From Lytechinus pictus (lineage: Eukaryota), in NCBI RefSeq assembly GCF_037042905.1, contig NC_087245.1:33172001-33236000 (forward strand): 64,000 nucleotides of DNA, given 5' to 3'. Within the stretch, counting starts at the first letter, position 1, and every line of letters starts with the position of its first letter. Position numbers and translations under genes: made by a program. A model generated the notes under the pieces. That model ran no database searches, was not told the origin of the DNA, and saw nothing but the letters and a program-made list of their open reading frames with translations. Positions 26,249-38,200 of this stretch are shown piece after piece.

Positions 26249-29200
26249 CCACCACCACCACCACCACCACCACAAACCATCATTACCATCACCATCACAA
26301 TCTCCACCATGACTATCATCACAATCACCACCATCACAATAACCACTCCCACCAATACCACCCCCACCACCACTACCACCATCGTAGCACAATCACACCA
26401 CCTGAACCACTGTCAATTATCATCACTACCAACACCACCTCCACCATGAACACTCTTACCATCAACATCGATTAATTCCTTGAATGCACGAGCGCTGAAA
26501 GGCAGCTCGAGCTAAAGCCGGGGTAATAATAATAACAATGCGCCTCGGAATAGATTGTTTCTAGATAGATGGCGCTATACAAATGCCTAATATTATTATT
26601 GAGCGCTATCATTCTATCAACATTTCAATTAAAGCCAGACATCAAAACTAAAACAAATAATTTTGTCAACCACTACAACCACTATAATCGTTCACTACAA
26701 CTTCTTTTTAGCCACACCCACCATCAACAACACTATAACCACTAGGACTATATTACCATTCTCCTTACCTCTTGGTTTAGTTTGGATACATCATGTCTCC
26801 TCCTTGATAGGTTAAAGACCACGTAGCAGTTGTTGTGTTTGCTCTTTAGCATCCGGACTACATCTCGTAAGTTGCTTCGGTACTGGTTCTCAAGACCACC
26901 AGAAGGGAAAGACACGGCTACAAGGGCAACAAATAAAATGGCTGATTCACAAAGCTGTTTTCAAGTTACATATGGCTATAGGAATGACTAGTGACTTTTG
27001 ATGTCAATCCAGGGGGGGGGGATTTCGATTTTTCTTATTACGTACAGTGGCCAATGGGAGCAGGTAATCTTATCCCCCCCCCCACACACACTATGGACAA
27101 AAATAAATCTTGAAATCCGGCCCAAATCAAGATTTTCAATCATTTTGACTAACAACAGCTACAGTTAAATTTAATCATTGAATACTAAAATACTCTTTCT
27201 CAACAAGCATCTTAAAAGATTTAAATACTTTCTTTTAAAAAGCTTCTGAATGGAAAATTCAATATTTTCAAGGTATGGCTATGGATGGTCACAGGAAATG
27301 CACTCCCATAATGTTCAAACAGAGAAAATTATGGTTATCTCATTTAACACAATATAGGATCACCTATAACAAATGGAGGTTCATGTCTTTGTTTTGTGAT
27401 TCTGAGAATTAGTGATTCATACAGATTTCGGTACTTAATTCAAAGTCAGAATATTGTGCACTGAGAAACATCAGTACAAAGTGCCTTACAGATGTTATAA
27501 CAAAAATATCTAATGTTTTAAATTCAAGTTCTTACCAATTAATCTCTCTGTTATATAATCCACTTCAAGATCAAATGAATATCTAACGAGTCCATCTCCA
27601 CTCCTGGAAACAAAAACAAACAAAACAAATTGTTAGAAAAATTAAATGTTAAAGAAAATAAAATAGGTCTAGTAATGAGAGCTGGTGCTTTGGTTACACT
27701 GCTGCTTTCTAAGTTGGGGATTAAAAACAAATTCTGGTGTTAGACCATCACTGTGATGATTATTTGAACGATTGGGCATTAGATTACAAGTAAATTATAC
27801 TAAATGGGTTGCAGTAGACCACATGTAGCATAAATCAAATAGGAATTAAACCAAATTGATTGCAGATTTTATGGCCCGTATTCTGAAGTCGGGGTTTAAC
27901 TTAAACTCAGGTTAAAAGTTGTGGTTTAAGTATGGATAGCCAATTGTTACATAAATCACTAACGGTACAGATATCATATTTCAGCTCATTTGGCTCTCAA
28001 ATCATTTATAATTGTCCAGGAAGTATAAATAGATGATTGTCTTCACCATCGATGAATCAGGAAAGAGCACAGTTAAACAAGAAACATACAACTTAATAAA
28101 AATTTTGACACATTTGGCTTCCCATAAATTGAGCACAGAGTTAGACCATGGTCTAACTCAAAGTTAAACCTGACTTCAGAATACGGGCCTATCGGTTTAG
28201 CAAATGTGTTATCAGACTATCTGAGGAGACAAACTGTTTGTAGACAAAGTGAATATAAACATGTTATTGAACGGTCAACCAGGATCTTAGTTAGATGTAG
28301 AACTATTATTTACACCAACATTCTGCTCAAATGGCTAATGGTAATGTAATACTCACTTGATAGATATCGACTTTGTCTGTATGGTTTGAGGTTGCATCTG
28401 ATGTTGTATTAGTTGTTGCGGTTGATGTTGTTGTTGTATGCGTTGCTGTGGTTGTTGTTGTTGTGGTGGTGATGGGGCATGTTGTATCTGGACATTTGAT
28501 TGTTGCATGATTGATTTAACAGGTTGGAGCTTGGGAGATTCATCCAGTTGTTGCATCTTCCGTGCTGTTGCCGGGGTGTGCTGTAGCCGAGGAGTGGACG
28601 GCGGAGTGGGCGTGGTTGGCGTCGAGGGCGAGGAGGAGGGCTTTTTGCGCCGATTCTCTGACGGGGATCCAAATATGTACTTGCCTTCAGGCGAAATCTA
28701 ATACATGGATTGTATTCAGGGATTTAAACAAAGAGCAAAAATAATAAATCAATCAGACTGCCTGCTTTCTTGTCCTTTTTTACAATAAAAAGATTAGTCA
28801 GTAACAGAAAAAAAAATTCAAACATGAATGAACAAATCTGATTTATGTCAAGTTATATCATGGATTTTCTTCTTTCTCTTCTGCTATACATTTTGTTCTG
28901 TTTTCCAGAAAGAAATCTAAAAATTCAATACTCATGGACAATATTTTCACAGTCTAAAACAGGATTTTTTTTTCTTCAATTTTTATTCAAGCTTATGGCT
29001 CCAATATTAATGATTTCTGATTAGGTTCTGTCCGCTGACCTCATTTTCACACACCATGGAACTGAAAATGAGGGCAAACCAGAGCAGAAAAATCTGGCTA
29101 ACATATCATGGAAATTCAGAGAGGAAAAGAAGGGATTAGTGCCTTGTGAACAACTTCCTTTGCCGTTATTGGATTAAGATGCTCCTGAGACTATCACCCC

Positions 29201-32200
29201 TGACAGTGGCAAGCTCAGTAAGATAAACACTAGAAGATGTACGGTATGTTAAAGTAGAGGTTCACCCTGATATCAAGATTGTTCATAAATAGGCTGAGAG
29301 GTTGTTACTTTCCTCAAAGTGGAGTTTGCAATACAATTTCTCTTACTACATAAAGAACAAAGATAACCTAATAATTGCATGACCGGCTGCAGTCTTTTCT
29401 AAAATTCCAATCCGGATATCATTATTAAACAAAAGCCCCCTTCATGAATCACACTTTCTTTAGACTGTATATAACATAAACTTGCCTCTAATCAAAGCAA
29501 ATATTTCTGGCCACCCTTCCTTGAAATTCCATTATCCATATAATAAAATAATGTAAAAATTAAAACATCAACAACACAACATGCCAGTTGCAAACATGGA
29601 ATTAATTGAATAACTAAGATGTTTTCTCAAATTTCTCTTAAAATGGAGGAGGAAGTGACTGTTAGGAAAGCCTATCAGAGGGCAAGAGGGGTGTAAAATA
29701 TCACCCATCACGTTCCCCTCTACCAAACTTTTTCTGATTAATGGTAGACAGATGAAAGAGATGAGGTTATCTTTACTATGAGGCTTGAGGAAAGTGATTT
29801 GATCTAAAGTCCACATATGGCTTAATTGAATATACTCAGGAATTCAATTACATCTTTCGGGAGATATATCAATAAAAAACAATACACTTGATTTTGATGA
29901 CATTTTTTAGACTAAATCTAACAGTGCACAAAATGCATATAGTGTACTAGTAACAGCTGACAAGAAGAGTAAAAAAATGGAGAAATGGAGAAAGGAAACA
30001 AATCAAATGAGGAAATATCATGTAGAAAGATTGTGAAAATACAGTAAGACCTCTCCACAGAGGTACATGTGTAGCTGCTTATTGTTGATCAGGATAGTTA
30101 AACAAAGTAACTAGGAAAAGAGGAAAATGTATTGGTCCTACCATCCTAATAGTACATGTAATTGACAGAAAACTTAACAAAACAAATCTTAAACAATTTT
30201 TTTTTAAAATATAAATCTAAAGCATTTTCAGAGAACTGGATAAAATCTTGCTCTTAGTAGGCTATATTCCCGTCAGACCCTAGCATATTTGCTATCATTT
30301 TCACATGTTTGTAAAGATCCTCAAACTGTAAAACACAGAGAGATACAAAGTAGATATTAATGATGGAACTATCTTCCAAGATTTATGGCTAACTAAACGA
30401 GACAATGACGAGTCCACAAGAATGGCTACGTGCAAACTGCACATACACAAACGTCAGTTGGAAATTACAATTTATGGCCAATTTGCTGCTGTGGACCATA
30501 AAAAAACCCTCAGTAGATAACAACATATTCTTACTGTAAGTGTTTCAGGATCGCATAAAATGAAAAAAGGGTATTCCATTTCAGTTAATTGAGTAGAAAT
30601 AATGTTATTGAAACCTTATCCCAATGCTTCATAAAGAACTTGACACTTGATTTAAAGTGAGAGTACACACTATTAAAAACTAAGGTGTTAAAAAGGACAC
30701 CAGTTGGTGTCTCTTGAGGACCACACCCTAAGGTATTAAAAATACACCATAGACATTGAACCGCCAAGGAGTGTAAAAGAAACAACCATATGTGTTTTAT
30801 AGGTGTTGAACACCAAAACTTAAAACCAGAGTGAAATGACTGATGTGGTTCTCCATGTATACCAATCAACACTGCAGTTTTTGCTGTTTGGGAATGGTTT
30901 GGAGGGGCACTAAAAGGTTTGATGATCTCCTTATGAAATTTTGTATTACCCACATTTTTTAATTTTATTCCCTTTTGTATATTTTTTAGTTTCACTTTAT
31001 TTTCATGAATGACCCCAACCCCCATTCATTGACAGCCAAGGAATTGACTTCTTGTTTTGGAGAGTGTGTGTGTGTGTGTGGGGGGGGGGGGGGTGGAATA
31101 ACATAAATATTTCCTCTTTTCTGGTAATTTCAGGAATAGGGGGAATATTTATGAAGGCAAGGGCACTAGAGTTTACACCAGTTGTGTAAATGTCTCCCTC
31201 GGTTTGTCAGAGTCATAAATTTATAACGGTGGCTAACTCTGGAGGTATCACAGGCCTAAATCATTCCCCATAGACTCGTGTGTTAAATTGGCACTTTAAA
31301 AAATTCATAAAAAATAAGGGTGGAATTCGGGGGTCGAATGTTTACTACCAGTGGATAGGATATATATCTGGCAATCCATATCTGACCAGAAAAGGGTCCC
31401 TCGACCGGCTCATTTTAAAAATAAATTGGCGTGTTTGAAGACACCGTCGGGGGGAGCAGATTCATCACCTCAAACAGCAAAATAGCCCTAATCCTTCCGC
31501 CAGTCAAAATATAGTCCAAAATTGGTGATATTTCTTCCCAATTTGGGAAAAGGAAGTTCAATAATTACCAAAAATAGAATCAGTGTTAGATGGACAATCA
31601 TATGCATACACTTTGTTAATCAGCCATATCAAAATAAAAAAAATAGCAATGGGTTGGGTCGAATGAATATCTATGACCTGCCTCTAGTGATTAGGCCCGT
31701 GTAACCTGTATTGTATGGCACATGAAGGTTTCTTTTTAATTTACCTTCCTGGCTTTTCTTTAACATCTGTACACTCACTTTATCACAAAGAAATGCATGA
31801 AATATACAGATGTGTTATGTAATGACCAATTTTAATGTTACTCCTAATGTCTAGTGCCCTATGGATTTACACACATCCTACCTGCCTATATGTAGCTCAA
31901 CAATGGATGCAATGTAGGGCCCAAATCCTATAATGCAAATTGTAGATATGAATAGTGTGCATATCTGGATTCAAGATTTGCCCACAATATAAATACCAGA
32001 TTCACATGAGTTAAATTAGATAACAATAAAAAGAAATGAGAATCAACATACAAGCATACTATACATTCACATCTTCCTATGACAAGGGCCCAAGCCAAGG
32101 GATGTAAGAGAGAGAGACAGGGAGAGAGGGGGGTTAGATGGCTTGTATTCTAAATGGATGGGGGCTAGTCTGGCTAGAAGTCAGTAAAAGTTGAACAAGA

Positions 32201-35200
32201 TAGCAGTAGCACTCATTCTCAGCCCCCCCCCCAAACATACTAACTATGCTTTTCTCTACCCCCCCCTCCCTATTGAATCCACCACTCTTCAGCCAAATTC
32301 TAAAGTTTTCTCTTCTCCTTCCCTTCCCCATGAACCAATTTCACAAGTGCAATTGATGCAAGGCCTATCTTGTGATGGGTGCTATACACGATTTACATCA
32401 GCGCTCGTCGGTATACGAAAACACACGACAACATGAATCACAGAGACAAACACACAGCCTACACGGCCTAGCCTAGGTACACAAACACAGAGTTACCAAT
32501 CACAATTTGTTACCTGTTATACCCCTATGTAGCCTTGTATATAGCCATGAAGTTCAGTTTTTGGACCTCTTGATGATTGAAACATGTATACTAGTGAAAG
32601 CAATCTGCTACTGAAGAGTTTGGGCAGGTATTTCATCCACTAGGGAATTCTCCTTGTAATAGGCTATGGTCAAGGTGTACAGGTATCACAGGCCTAAATC
32701 ATTCCCCATAGACTCGTGTGTTAAATTGGCACTTTAAAAAATTCATAAAAAATAAGGGTGGAATTCGGGGGTCGAATGTTTACTACCAGTGGATAGGATA
32801 TATATCTGGCAATCCATATCTGACCAGAAAAGGGTCCCTCGACCGGCTCATTTTAAAAATAAATTGGCGTGTTTGAAGACACCGTCGGGGGGAGCAGATT
32901 CATCACCTCAAACAGCAAAATAGCCCTAATCCTTCCGCCAGTCAAAATATAGTCCAAAATTGGTGATATTTCTTCCCAATTTGGGAAAAGGAAGTTCAAT
33001 AATTACCAAAAATAGAATCAGTGTTAGATGGACAATCATATGCATACACTTTGTTAATCAGCCATATCAAAATAAAAAAAATAGCAATGGGTTGGGTCGA
33101 ATGAATATCTATGACCTGCCTCTAGTGATTAGGCCCGTGTAACCTGTATTGTATGGCACATGAAGGTTTCTTTTTAATTTACCTTCCTGGCTTTTCTTTA
33201 ACATCTGTACACTCACTTTATCACAAAGAAATGCATGAAATATACAGATGTGTTATGTAATGACCAATTTTAATGTTACTCCTAATGTCTAGTGCCCTAT
33301 GGATTTACACACATCCTACCTGCCTATATGTAGCTCAACAATGGATGCAATGTAGGGCCCAAATCCTATAATGCAAATTGTAGATATGAATAGTGTGCAT
33401 ATCTGGATTCAAGATTTGCCCACAATATAAATACCAGATTCACATGAGTTAAATTAGATAACAATAAAAAGAAATGAGAATCAACATACAAGCATACTAT
33501 ACATTCACATCTTCCTATGACAAGGGCCCAAGCCAAGGGATGTAAGAGAGAGAGACAGGGAGAGAGGGGGGTTAGATGGCTTGTATTCTAAATGGATGGG
33601 GGCTAGTCTGGCTAGAAGTCAGTAAAAGTTGAACAAGATAGCAGTAGCACTCATTCTCAGCCCCCCCCCCAAACATACTAACTATGCTTTTCTCTACCCC
33701 CCCCTCCCTATTGAATCCACCACTCTTCAGCCAAATTCTAAAGTTTTCTCTTCTCCTTCCCTTCCCCATGAACCAATTTCACAAGTGCAATTGATGCAAG
33801 GCCTATCTTGTGATGGGTGCTATACACGATTTACATCAGCGCTCGTCGGTATACGAAAACACACGACAACATGAATCACAGAGACAAACACACAGCCTAC
33901 ACGGCCTAGCCTAGGTACACAAACACAGAGTTACCAATCACAATTTGTTACCTGTTATACCCCTATGTAGCCTTGTATATAGCCATGAAGTTCAGTTTTT
34001 GGACCTCTTGATGATTGAAACATGTATACTAGTGAAAGCAATCTGCTACTGAAGAGTTTGGGCAGGTATTTCATCCACTAGGGAATTCTCCTTGTAATAG
34101 GCTATGGTCAAGGTGTACAGGTATCACAGGCCTAAATCATTCCCCATAGACTCGTGTGTTAAATTGGCACTTTAAAAAATTCATAAAAAATAAGGGTGGA
34201 ATTCGGGGGTCGAATGTTTACTACCAGTGGATAGGATATATATCTGGCAATCCATATCTGACCAGAAAAGGGTCCCTCGACCGGCTCATTTTAAAAATAA
34301 ATTGGCGTGTTTGAAGACACCGTCGGGGGGAGCAGATTCATCACCTCAAACAGCAAAATAGCCCTAATCCTTCCGCCAGTCAAAATATAGTCCAAAATTG
34401 GTGATATTTCTTCCCAATTTGGGAAAAGGAAGTTCAATAATTACCAAAAATAGAATCAGTGTTAGATGGACAATCATATGCATACACTTTGTTAATCAGC
34501 CATATCAAAATAAAAAAAATAGCAATGGGTTGGGTCGAATGAATATCTATGACCTGCCTCTAGTGATTAGGCCCGTGTAACCTGGAGATAGTATGTACAT
34601 GTATCCTCTAATTCTGTGAAAAATTTCAATAGCAATTACTCAGCAATGCCTACTGTTATAATACCATAGGAACATGAAATTCATCAAAAGTTCTTCTTCC
34701 AATAAAAAAACCTCCAGATCTCAAGCTGCCACAAATCATATACAAAAATATGTTAATGCTTGATATTTTTTTAACAGACATTATACCATACTTTTTATTG
34801 GTTTGTCAATAGATACAGTTAATACATTTTTCTTTAAGTGTATTATAATGGATGGGGAAAACCAGACCTCTGGCTAAAACACCATGCTTATTTTGCTCAC
34901 TTCTAATCTTAGCAATTAGATTTTCTTCCAAATTCATCTGGCATAAATATATTTCTTTTTACTCAACATAAAAACACTTGGGTGGTCATTTTATTGGATT
35001 TTGTTCAAACTAATTTTCAGATTCTTAGGTACCACAACTGGCATTAATCTATAAACTTGACCACATTGCATATCCACTGATATGAATATAGCTGACAAAG
35101 AATTACATATATTGTAAATATATTTTGGTGAAAAGCAATAACTGGAAATGCATCTTTCACTTTCAGTTAAAGGAGAATGAAACCTTTAGAACAAGGTAGC

Positions 35201-38200
35201 TTGTGTGAAAACAGAAAAATCAAATAAACAGATCAACAAAAGTTTGAGAAAAATTGGACAAATAATGAGGTTATGAGCATTTGAATATTGTGATCACTAA
35301 TGCTATGTAGATCCTCACATTGGCAATGCGACAAAGATGTGTGATGTCACTTGTGAACAACTCTCCCAATTACTTTAGTAGGCCTATATATTTCACTTAA
35401 ATTGCCTCTTTTATCTCATCAGTCAGTAGATCATGTTCTTTCTATAGGCATGATAGGAGGACATGTGATACAGATTATTAAAGAATACATCATGGATAAA
35501 GAGTTTGTGTCACCATAAGAAAAAGCAAAAAGAGACATTTTGGGGGCATTTTATAGTCCATCAAAGGGAAAGTTGTTCACATGTGACATCACACATCCTT
35601 GTCACATTGCCAATGGGAGGATCTCCATAGCATTAGTGATTGCAATATTCAAATGCTCATAACTTTCTCATTGTTTGTCCGATTTTTCTCAAACTTTCGT
35701 TGATCTGTTTCTTAGATTTTTCTGTTTCGACACAAGCCTACTTATTCCAAAGATTTCATTCCCCTTTAAGGTTTCCTCACAAAATAAACTCTTTTTTCTT
35801 CATTTGGTTTTTCAGTTTTAAAAAGTTTAAATTGTCTGCTTTGGACAAGGCTCTAAAATATGTTAGAAATATTGTGGAAATAACCTCACTTCCATGCAAC
35901 GCTAAATTTCCCATTCTTGACAAAAGTGTTCAACTTAAGCCAGGTGGAATAGACTATTTATATCTGGGTCTTGAGACATAAAACATACATAAATATACAA
36001 AATCTTAGGTGTAGTTGCAAGGTGTTACCAGCTCCTTTGTTATTATAGTCTATAGGCCTCCCATACATTTATAGAGCCAAACTCTGTTGTGAACATTAAT
36101 CATTAACATTGATGTTAGAGGGCCCTTTCCACCTGACAAAAGTTAGTCTACAAAGACCAAACTCCAGATTCAACATGTGAATGAGAAGGGCAAAGTTTCT
36201 TGTTGCCTGGAAGACAGGCTAAAGTGGCATGATTACAAAAAAACAATGGAGATAGCATGCCTGATTCCATTCACAACTCAAAACAACAGAGAAGTATTCT
36301 GAAAGTATTCATTTTGGCTAATTTATAATATCTACACAACATTTGTTCCATAATGTATTTTCCAGTTGTCTTCCACATATATGAAACATTGGAAACATAG
36401 TCATGATCAAACAAATTCTGGTGTGTATTTGTAAGAATAACATTTTTTAATAAAAAAAAACACAAATCAAATATCTTCAAAATGATTCCCCTGTTTGTTA
36501 TTATCTCACTGCAAAATGAAATGGCTTTGACCAGTTAATCTAATGAAGATGGGAATATTAAAATCATGATTATGAAGATGGAGCCTAAGATGACGATGGA
36601 TTTGTGGGAGGGGTGCATGATACAACAGACCTACCCTGGGGGACCTTGGAGATTTAGGAGACCCGTGCTTAAACTTCTCATTGGTCTGTGAGGATTTTCA
36701 AAAGAACTGATTAACATATATCCAAATTAATAATAATAAAAATAATCATAATATAATAACACACATCATCCCCTTAAATTGCTTAATACCACAGACACTA
36801 TTGCAAGAATTTAAACCTCCAATTAATTTCAAGCACATTTTGGGTCTTAAAATCAATGATAAGTTTGCAATTAATTGCAAATTTGCACTGTACTTGATTG
36901 TTGGTCTGGTTCTTGTAACACGCAGTGAAAATAAAAGTATTCATATATCAATATATCATGGAGGATCCGTGGTGTAGTGGTTCTGACTCTCGCCTTGTAA
37001 ACAGAGGGTCATGTGTTCGAATCCCACCACGGTCTGGCACCCTTTGGCAAGGTGTTAATCCACACTTCGCCACTCTCGACCCAGGTGCTAAATGGGTACC
37101 CGGGTGGATGTGAAAGTCATTGTGGCTTGTCCAGTACTGTGTGCGCCTCACTGGCGACTGACTGGAATACTCCCCAGGGAGTGGAGGATGTGCACACATT
37201 GTGTGCGGGAATGACTGATTGAATCTGATGACTGGGGTAATAATATATCTGTAAAGCGCTTAGACACGTCGCTCCAATGTATTAAGCGCTATATAAAAGC
37301 AGACTATTAATTAATTGTAAATCTGCATTAATATTTGCAATTGATTTCAAATGTTTTCTTGCACCACCCCCTAAGACTGCAATTGAGCTTCACGCTGTAT
37401 AATACTTTTGAATGTGAAGCCCAATGAACGGTAGTTTGAATTTTCTATTACCCAAATGGCATATATTTCTCAAGAGATCTCAGCTCGCAACTGCCAATTT
37501 CAATAAATGGTCCATAACATGGACATCTGCTCTTGGACGAGGACAGATTTAATAAAATCTGACCACACAAGATATTATCCTACATAAGAAGCAGAAATCA
37601 TTATCGTAGTACGTGTAGTTCGGTAGAATTTGATAGTTCGAGGAATAGGTAGATGTCAATGAAACCTTGAACAATTAAAGTAAGGTTTGAATATAAGAAT
37701 AGGTACATGAAACTGAAGTTTTTTGTAGCATCAGAAAAAGGAATTAATTGTTGAACATGTAATTTAATTACAAAGAGTTCTTCTCTCTTTGGCATGTATT
37801 CTGCCACCTTCCATTCTAATTTCTCCAGTTCTTAAAATATCACAAATTTTCAATTTCCTCCTTGATTTTTACATCATGATATGTTTCTTCTTAATCCATC
37901 TGTTTTGGCTACCATCAGAAACATTTAAAGAAATGTGCTTTTATTTTCATTAAAAATTCAAAACAAAGATTCATTGAACATCACTTTATAGGGATACAAG
38001 TATGAATTTGTTTGATTATTTATGATAACTTTCTCTTTTTTGCATACAATTTTCCTTCTATTCTTTTTTTATTATGTTCCATTTAAAAATAAATGTATAT
38101 TTTACAGAAGTTCCCCGAATGAAGCAAACTAAAATTCATGAAGAACATTCTCTTAAGGCCTATTTCATCCTATGCTGGTTTCTCAAACTAATTGACAACC

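Noticed and set aside
25828..26475. His/Thr/Gly-rich ORFs on both strands
   Set aside because: Compound trinucleotide microsatellite within an intron
23289..27603. Calling the gene PTEN, auxilin or GAK
   Set aside because: The motifs WDSYE and GSLYAxVKK, the P-loop form and the long P/Q linker match tensin rather than these relatives.
31522..34580. Repeated 60-81 aa ORFs in the tandem array
   Set aside because: Short, mostly non-ATG starts, no recognisable motifs. They recur only because the DNA is duplicated.
36960..37035. Possible tRNA gene
   Set aside because: It is the head of a SINE and continues into a core and LINE-like tail; a diverged second copy exists.
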